This document shows, in pieces, positions 9,609 to 16,034 of a stretch of DNA of 64,000 bases (positions within the stretch are counted from its first letter, which is position 1; each line of letters opens with the position of its first letter). The DNA lies in the NCBI GenBank assembly GCA_965248575.1, contig CBDFJQ010000002.1, positions 4,896,001-4,960,000 on the forward strand, written 5' to 3'. The notes below the pieces were generated by a model that worked only from the letters and a program-made list of their open reading frames with translations, searched no databases and was not told the origin of the DNA. A program made the translations under genes and the position numbers. This DNA is from Planctomycetota bacterium (GTDB lineage: Bacteria; Planctomycetota; B15-G4).

Positions 9609-11312
9609 CTAGTGCTCGTGTCCGTGGCCGAAGGCTTCCGGCGAAAGCGCGGCCATGCGGATGGAGTTGGCCGCCCGCGTGGCGACCTGCTCTCCTGCGC
9701 CGATGCCCGAGCGCACTTCGACGAAGCGTCCGTCTCGCAGGCCCAAGACGAGCTCGCGCTTCTGGAATGTCTCACCGCTCAGCATCACGTAGGCGGTGGG
9801 GGCCCCCTGCTCCATCACCACGGCTTCGAAGGGAATGCTCACGAGCGCCTCGACCTGTTCGAGGGCGAGTTCGAGGTCGGCAAGCATGCCGGGCAGTGGT
9901 TTCAGGGCTTGCAGTCCCCCGGGCGCGGGGCCCGCTGTGGGAAGCGCATAGCGCACCAGCAGGGTACGGCTGGAGGTGTCCAGCTCAGGGCCCAAACCCA
10001 GCAAGGCGGCGTCCAGAGTCTCACCCAAGGCGATGGTCTGGTCGGTCAGGGCAGGGAAGCTCACCACACCCACGGGAGACGGGCCCAGGCCATGGAGATC
10101 AAACTCTGACACCCGGCCTTCGACCCAGAGTTGGCTGTCATCGACGACGCGCAGCAGGGCCTCCCCGGCCTCGATCGACTCGCCCACCACGTGCCCCTTG
10201 CCCACCACGACCCCGCCGATAGGCGCGCGCAAGATGTAGCGCAGGATGCCACCCTCGAAGCGGGCATCAGCGGCGGCGTCGCGCTCGCGTCGGGCGTCCA
10301 GTGCAGCGCGGGCGCTGCTGGCGGCGGACGCGGTTTCGCGGGCGAGGGAGAGGTCGCGTTCGGCCTGCTCCAGCTGCTGTTGCGTGGCGAGGCCTTGGGT
10401 GCGCAGCTTGGCGACCCGGTCATGGTCGCTCTGCCGGAACTGAAGTCGGGTGCTGGCCTGGGCAAAGGCCTCGTCCATCTCGAGCGACTTCAGGTCCCAC
10501 TCCAGCGCAAGTGCTCGCAGTTGCGCCGCATCCGCGGGGAGCAGTGGTGGTTCGACCAAGGCGAGGGCGGCCCCGGCTTCCACACGGCTGCCGCTCTTTG
10601 GGAGCTTGCCGCCATCCGGACCCCTGAGCCGTCCGGAGATGGGGGAGGAGACGATGGCTGCGGCACCTTCCGCTGTCACCACCTGGCCTGGAACGAGCAG
10701 GCGACGCGTGAGCTGCCGGGGCTGTGCGGGCTCGATCAACATGCGCAACTTCCATTGGGCTTCCATCAGGAAGGGCACGGCGTTCGCTGGCTCTTGCTCG
10801 GGGTTCGCCTCCGCGGCAGCGCGCGCCTGCGCGGGGTTCGCGTACACCGTGAAGCTGCCCAACTCAAGGCGTTCCGTGGCCTGCTCGCTGGTGATCATCA
10901 ACGAGACCGGGAAGCTGCCGGCCTCCGGGAAGCTGCCTTCGGGGATGAACAGGCCGTCCCGTTTCGGAGCGTCCACTGCGAGGGTCGTGCTTCCGATCCG
11001 GAGCTCTACGCGTCCGGCAAGAACGGGGTCGCCGTTGGCCAGCACGCTGAAGTGCGCCAGGAAGCGCGCGCTTTCGCCCTGCACCAGCTGCGGGTTCTCC
11101 ATGAACAGCAGCACCCGTTCGCCGAAGAGCGTGGTGACCATGGGGGGGATCTCGTCGTCCTCGGGTGCCGGGTCCTGGGCGGCGATTGCTGGTCCGCAGG
11201 ACGGAAGTCCCGCAAACAGGGAGGCTGCCAGCAGGGAGGCCGTGAGCAGGAGTGGGAAAACGGACGGGGCGACCGCCAGAGGGCGGGCCGAACGGAGGTG
11301 GCGCATGTTCAT
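9609..11312 (-). CDS. RND efflux periplasmic adaptor (CzcB-like) with N-terminal extra domain
   Basis: Hairpin plus barrel-sandwich (LRAPIGGVV..GESIEAGEALL), V.LGLRDGRFVEV, and C-terminal FGHGHEH; directly upstream of the permease. Confidence 0.9.
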   Translation of the reverse strand: MNMRHLRSARPLAVAPSVFPLLLTASLLAASLFAGLPSCGPAIAAQDPAPEDDEIPPMVTTLFGERVLLFMENPQLVQGESARFLAHFSVLANGDPVLAGRVELRIGSTTLAVDAPKRDGLFIPEGSFPEAGSFPVSLMITSEQATERLELGSFTVYANPAQARAAAEANPEQEPANAVPFLMEAQWKLRMLIEPAQPRQLTRRLLVPGQVVTAEGAAAIVSSPISGRLRGPDGGKLPKSGSRVEAGAALALVEPPLLPADAAQLRALALEWDLKSLEMDEAFAQASTRLQFRQSDHDRVAKLRTQGLATQQQLEQAERDLSLARETASAASSARAALDARRERDAAADARFEGGILRYILRAPIGGVVVGKGHVVGESIEAGEALLRVVDDSQLWVEGRVSEFDLHGLGPSPVGVVSFPALTDQTIALGETLDAALLGLGPELDTSSRTLLVRYALPTAGPAPGGLQALKPLPGMLADLELALEQVEALVSIPFEAVVMEQGAPTAYVMLSGETFQKRELVLGLRDGRFVEVRSGIGAGEQVATRAANSIRMAALSPEAFGHGHEH

Positions 11313-11411
11313 CGGAGCGGTTCCAGACTTTCGGAACAGAGAGCTGAACCAAATGAGTGGTTGCAGCAGTGGGAGCAGGGCCGGCGTTTCAGCCGGGCGT
11401 GTGCTCCTCGC

Positions 11412-12014
11412 TCAAATCAGCAGTGCGTGATTGCTGCGCAGAAGGCGCAGGGTTCCCGATCTCGGAACGGGGAGCGCTGTGCTGTCCCCTGGAGGGGGGA
11501 GCTCGGCCGCGAGGCCAAACAGCGGGTCGGCCTGGTCACTGTGCGTGATGGTCGGCCAGACTTCGGCTGCGGTCAGCGTGAACAACTCAAGCACTGTGTC
11601 GACGGCCGTGCGCTGACCGTCATTCGCGCGGGTCCAAGCGGCAAGATCGAACTCGATGACCAGGCCGGGTGGCACATGTCCGTTCAAAGAGCCGTGGTCG
11701 TGGGCGTGCCAGCTCTCCGAGGGGCTGTCGTGTTGGCTTCCATCGGTGTGCGGCACGTCGAGCTGGGATGGCTGGGTGTGTGTCCCGGCGTGCCAGTCGT
11801 GAAACTCGTCGAGGTCGTGGGCTGACGAGATGCTCGACAGCAGGTGCTGGTGTTGTCCCTGCGGGCCGTGCACGTGCAACAGCATGACGGCCTGGGTCAG
11901 GGAGGGCCCCAAGAGCACCGAAGGCAGCATGAGCAACGCGAGCATGGAGACGCGCACGCAGCGACGCTTCGAGCGGCGCCGTGACGAAGCAGATGAGAGG
12001 GGTGAGGCGGTCAC
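11412..12014 (-). CDS. His-rich hypothetical exported/membrane protein heading the metal-efflux operon (start uncertain; alternative ATG 11945)
   Basis: Hydrophobic N-terminus followed by a segment with 14 His in 67 aa; same strand and directly upstream of the adaptor gene. Confidence 0.65.
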   Translation of the reverse strand: MTASPLSSASSRRRSKRRCVRVSMLALLMLPSVLLGPSLTQAVMLLHVHGPQGQHQHLLSSISSAHDLDEFHDWHAGTHTQPSQLDVPHTDGSQHDSPSESWHAHDHGSLNGHVPPGLVIEFDLAAWTRANDGQRTAVDTVLELFTLTAAEVWPTITHSDQADPLFGLAAELPPPGDSTALPVPRSGTLRLLRSNHALLI

Positions 12015-12227
12015 GTTGGATGCAGCCTAGCGCGTGCGGGAAGAAGCCTCAACCTCCGATGGTCATGTAGCAGGGTGGACCCTGAGCAGCTGGAGCCCAT
12101 GCAGGAGAGCGCTGCCGCAGGGCAAACCAGTGAAGCGGCCATGAGGTGAAGACACCCGAGTCAGCTGACAGGTGGTTCTGCGACCTCGGGCTTTTTGCTC
12201 CGTGACGAGTTGCTACCGTTCTCCGCC

Positions 12228-13454
12228 ATGCGCTTCCAACCACTTTTCGTCGCTGTGTTGCTCGCGACAGCACTCATCGCCTCGGCGCTCATCATCAACT
12301 CGCAACGCCCCGAGGTGCAGATCGCTCAACCCAGCGCCGCTCATGTGGCTGCCATTGGGAAGTGCGCAGCCTGCCATCGCACGGTGGCCTCCGCCGTGGT
12401 GCACGAGTACGAGATGAGCCGCCATGCGCTGGAGGGTGTGAGTTGCCTGGATTGCCACCAGCCGGCCGAGGGCCAGGAAACCCTCGACCACAACGGTTTC
12501 GAAATCTCTCCTGTGCTGACCTCCAAGAACTGTGCCGCCTGCCACAAGACCGAGTACGACCAGTTCCTGCGCAGCCGCCACGCGGCCCCCGCCATGGCGG
12601 CCGTCACGGGGACAGCGGGTTTCTCCGCTGAACAGATCGCGGCAGCCGAGAGCTACCACCCGGGCATGGTGGAGCGGGCACCCAACGCGCTGTCGATGCT
12701 CGAGGGGCAATCCTCCATCGACGTCGGCTGTGTGAAGTGCCACCAGATTGGCGCACCCAATGAAGACGGCTCCATCGGACGCTGCACGGAGTGTCATGCC
12801 CGGCACAACGCTTCGGTGCGGCTGGCCCGAACGCCTGAGACGTGCGGGCAGTGCCACATGGGCCCGGACCATTCACAACTGGAGATCTACCACGAGTCCA
12901 AGCATGGCGTTCTCTTCAACGACCAGAAGGGCCGCATGAACCTCGAGGTCGACCCAAGTCATCTGACCACTGCCGACATGCCGGTCCCCACTTGCTCCAC
13001 CTGCCACCTGAGCGGACTCAACGGGCTGGCCGTCACGCACAACACCACCGAGCGGCTTTCCTGGTTGCTCTACGCTCCCATCTCGCAGAAGCGCACGGGC
13101 TATCAGCAGGGGCAGGACGCCATGAAGGCCACCTGCACCCAGTGCCACGTCAGCAGCACTGTGGAGCGCTTCTACGAGGAGGCGGAGAGCATCGTGGAGA
13201 GCACCAACGCCAAGATTGAAGAGGCCCTGGGCCTCATCGCAGGGGCTCGGGAGGATGGTTTGCTCACACCCGAACCCTTCGACGAAGAGCTCGACTTCCT
13301 GGAGTTCGACATCTGGCACTACTACGGCCGCACGGCGAAGCACGGGGCCTTCATGGGCGGCGCAGACTTTGTTCAGTGGCACGGCAACTACGAGCTTCTC
13401 CACTACAAGATGAAGATCGAGAAGGCGATCGCGGAACTTCGTGAAGCTCACTGA
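12228..13454 (+). CDS. Octaheme cytochrome c, hydroxylamine oxidoreductase (HAO)-family, probably reductive epsilon-HAO-like
   Basis: Eight CxxCH motifs (CAACH, CLDCH, CAACH, CVKCH, CTECH, CGQCH, CSTCH, CTQCH); CHMGPDH, EIYHESKHG and HGAFMGGADFVQWHG family motifs; N-terminal TM/signal. Confidence 0.85.
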   Translation: MRFQPLFVAVLLATALIASALIINSQRPEVQIAQPSAAHVAAIGKCAACHRTVASAVVHEYEMSRHALEGVSCLDCHQPAEGQETLDHNGFEISPVLTSKNCAACHKTEYDQFLRSRHAAPAMAAVTGTAGFSAEQIAAAESYHPGMVERAPNALSMLEGQSSIDVGCVKCHQIGAPNEDGSIGRCTECHARHNASVRLARTPETCGQCHMGPDHSQLEIYHESKHGVLFNDQKGRMNLEVDPSHLTTADMPVPTCSTCHLSGLNGLAVTHNTTERLSWLLYAPISQKRTGYQQGQDAMKATCTQCHVSSTVERFYEEAESIVESTNAKIEEALGLIAGAREDGLLTPEPFDEELDFLEFDIWHYYGRTAKHGAFMGGADFVQWHGNYELLHYKMKIEKAIAELREAH

Positions 13455-14277
13455 TACACCTGAGCTACGGCGCTGGGTGGTGGAGGCCTTCGCTGCCGGA
13501 AACCTTGCGTTTCTGGCGGTGGACATCTGGTTCGCCCATTCGGTCAATCGTTTTGCCCACTCGGCTGAGTGGATCCCCTTCGTGTTTTGCCTGGCCGCGC
13601 CGCTGTTCCTGCTGCCGGGGCTCGTGAAGGGCGATCCCTCGCGAGGCTTGGCGCGCAGCTTGGGCTGGGCGGTGGGTGCGCTCAGCGTCGTCGTGGGTGT
13701 GGCCGGAATGGTCTGGCATCTGCACGGCACGTTCTTCGTGGCACAGACGCTGCACAATCTCGTGTACACCGCGCCCTTCGCCGCTCCCCTGTCCTTCGCG
13801 GGTCTGGGCTTCCTGCTGCTGCTCAATCGGACGGAGTCGCCAGGCACCGCAGGCTATGGGCAGTGGGTCACGCTCCTGGCAGCTTCTGGTTTTGCGGGCA
13901 ACTTCGCATTGAGTCTCGCTGACCACGCGCAGAACGGTTTCTTCCATGCCTCCGAATGGCTCGCCGTCCTTGCGGCCGCCTTCGGCCTGGCTTTCCTGCT
14001 GACGGCTGTCTGGAAGTACCAAGAGCCTGGCTTCATCCGGGCCTGCGCCTGGGTGATGGCTCTCGAGGTGTTGGTCGGGCTCGTGGGAGCGGGCCTGCAC
14101 GGCCGGGCCATCCTGGCGGGACCGAGCGCTTCGCTGCTGGACAATGCCATCTTCACGGCTCCGCTGTTCGCGCCCCTGTTGTTTGCGGACCTCGCCGTGC
14201 TGGGAGGCCTGGGGCTCTGGTGCTGCAGCTCCAACTTGCGCGAGACCAAGGCGACGCCGCCTACTCACGTCGGCTGA
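13441..14277 (+). CDS. Uncharacterised ~8-TM membrane protein, internal duplication, His-bearing
   Basis: GTG start overlaps the cytochrome's end by 14 nt. Two repeats: AHSVNRFAHSAEW...HNLVYTAPFAAPLSFA and DHAQNGFFHASEW...DNAIFTAPLFAPLLFA. Confidence 0.8.
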   Translation: MKLTDTPELRRWVVEAFAAGNLAFLAVDIWFAHSVNRFAHSAEWIPFVFCLAAPLFLLPGLVKGDPSRGLARSLGWAVGALSVVVGVAGMVWHLHGTFFVAQTLHNLVYTAPFAAPLSFAGLGFLLLLNRTESPGTAGYGQWVTLLAASGFAGNFALSLADHAQNGFFHASEWLAVLAAAFGLAFLLTAVWKYQEPGFIRACAWVMALEVLVGLVGAGLHGRAILAGPSASLLDNAIFTAPLFAPLLFADLAVLGGLGLWCCSSNLRETKATPPTHVG

Positions 14278-14339
14278 TTTGATCCGCGAAATCGCGAGAG
14301 CGGCACGGTAGCTTCGCTGCACCCTTCCAATGCGAATTC

Positions 14340-16025
14340 ATGCTGACTGAAAGCAGCGCCATCCTTGTCTTGGCGATCATCATGGTGGGCGGCCTGCTGG
14401 CGGGTCGCCTCGCGAAGATGGTCCGCTTGGCGGGGGTGACAGGGCAGATTCTGCTGGGTGTGCTCATCGGGCACTCCGGCCTGGACCTCTTCGCTGCTGA
14501 GCGCGTCGAAGCGCTGACGCCGGTGACGCACCTGGCTCTGGGATTGATCGCCGTTGTGGTGGGCTCACACCTCCACATCCGCAAGCTGGCGGGTGCTCGC
14601 CTACGCCTCGGCCTCTTGCTGCTGGGCGAAGTCACACTGACCCCCTTGATCGTCTATGTGGCGGTGGTTCACCTGGCGGGCGCCGAGTGGCGGATGGGCA
14701 TCCTGCTCGCAGCCTTGGCTGTTTCCACCGCGCCCGCGACCATCGTGGCGTTGGTGGCCGAGACCCGCTCGCGAGGTGTCTTCACCAAGACGCTGATAGG
14801 GGCCGTGGCCCTCAACAACATCGCGTGCATCCTGTTGTTCGAGGTGGCTCACATGGCCGCGAGGATCGGGCTCGAGGATGGGCACGATGCGACGGCCTGG
14901 GAGTACGTGGTCGCACCGCTGAGGCAGCTGGCGTTCGCCGCCTTCTTGGGCGGTGGCTTGGGCTCCGCGCTGGTCTTGCTCACGCGGCACGTGATCCGCT
15001 CGGATCAGCTCGCCACCTTCTCCTTGGTGTGCGTGATGCTCGTCGCGGGGCTGGCCGACAGCCTGGGCCTCTCGTCTCTTCTGTCGTGCCTCTTCTTGGG
15101 GCTGACCCTCGCCAACCTGACACCGGACAAGGACGAAATCGTCGAGTCGGCCTTCGTCGGGTTGCGCCAGGCGATCTTCGGGGTGTTCTTCACCTTGGCA
15201 GGTATGCACCTCGACGTACCGGCGCTCGTGGCCAGCGGCGGCCTGGTGGCGATCGTCTTCCTGGCTCGCGCGCTTGGAAAGATCATGGCAGCACGGCTCA
15301 TGCTCAAGGCTGCCGGGGCGACCAGCAAGGTTCAGAAGTACCTCGGCATGGCGCTCGTGCCCCAGGCGGGTGTGGCCGTGGGCCTGCTGCTGCTGGTGAG
15401 GGACGATCCGGTGATGGCTCCCGTCGCTTCCAATTTGTTGGCCGTGGGTCTTGCGGTGGTCACGCTCAGTGAAGTGATCGGCCCTTTCCTGGTGCGCCAC
15501 GCCATTGTGGGTTCCGGCGAGGCAGAGCAGGACAGGGATCGCATCCTCGAGTTCCTGCACGAAGAGAACATCGTGGTGGGGCTCAAGGCGGACTCCAAGG
15601 AACACGCCATCGAACAACTGGTGGAAGTGTTGATCCAGACCAACCACCTGAGGGCCGACCGGGACGAGCTGCTGACGTCCGTGCTGGATCGCGAAGCGCA
15701 GTCCTCGACCTGTTTCGGCGAGGGCTTGGCGGTTCCGCACGGCATCCTGCCCACGGGCCCACGTATCGTGGGGGCCATGGGTATTTCCAAGCAGGGTTGG
15801 GACTTCCCCTCACCCGATGGCCGTCCCGTGCACTGCATGGTGGTCTTGGCGACGCCCGAGTCCTGGCGAGATCGCCATCTCCAGGTCTTGGCCGCACTTG
15901 CCAAGGCCTTGGGCACGGACCCCGGCCGGCAACGTCAGTTGTATGCCGCAGCCTCCCCGGCGCATGCCTGGGAGATCCTGCACGCGGACGATGCGCAGGA
16001 GTTCAACTACTTCATCGACGACTGA
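14340..16025 (+). CDS. Cation:proton antiporter (CPA-type) fused to C-terminal PTS EIIA-like domain
   Basis: About 12 TM helices with AVSTAPAT, AVALNN, FFTLAG and PQAGVAVGL; C-terminal VLDREAQSSTCFGEGLAVPHG and HLQVLAALA EIIA motifs. Confidence 0.9.
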   Translation: MLTESSAILVLAIIMVGGLLAGRLAKMVRLAGVTGQILLGVLIGHSGLDLFAAERVEALTPVTHLALGLIAVVVGSHLHIRKLAGARLRLGLLLLGEVTLTPLIVYVAVVHLAGAEWRMGILLAALAVSTAPATIVALVAETRSRGVFTKTLIGAVALNNIACILLFEVAHMAARIGLEDGHDATAWEYVVAPLRQLAFAAFLGGGLGSALVLLTRHVIRSDQLATFSLVCVMLVAGLADSLGLSSLLSCLFLGLTLANLTPDKDEIVESAFVGLRQAIFGVFFTLAGMHLDVPALVASGGLVAIVFLARALGKIMAARLMLKAAGATSKVQKYLGMALVPQAGVAVGLLLLVRDDPVMAPVASNLLAVGLAVVTLSEVIGPFLVRHAIVGSGEAEQDRDRILEFLHEENIVVGLKADSKEHAIEQLVEVLIQTNHLRADRDELLTSVLDREAQSSTCFGEGLAVPHGILPTGPRIVGAMGISKQGWDFPSPDGRPVHCMVVLATPESWRDRHLQVLAALAKALGTDPGRQRQLYAAASPAHAWEILHADDAQEFNYFIDD

Positions 16026-16034
16026 ACGGGACGC

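Noticed and set aside
12030..12227. NiCo or c-di-GMP riboswitch between the metal pump and the cytochrome (CTGAGCAG, GGGCAAACC)
   Set aside because: Only short fragments match; the remaining conserved elements are absent, and the NiCo-like piece is on the wrong strand for the pump.
12228..13454. Evidence of anammox or ammonia oxidation
   Set aside because: The cross-link Tyr appears absent, and no hzs, amo or cycAB genes are in the window.
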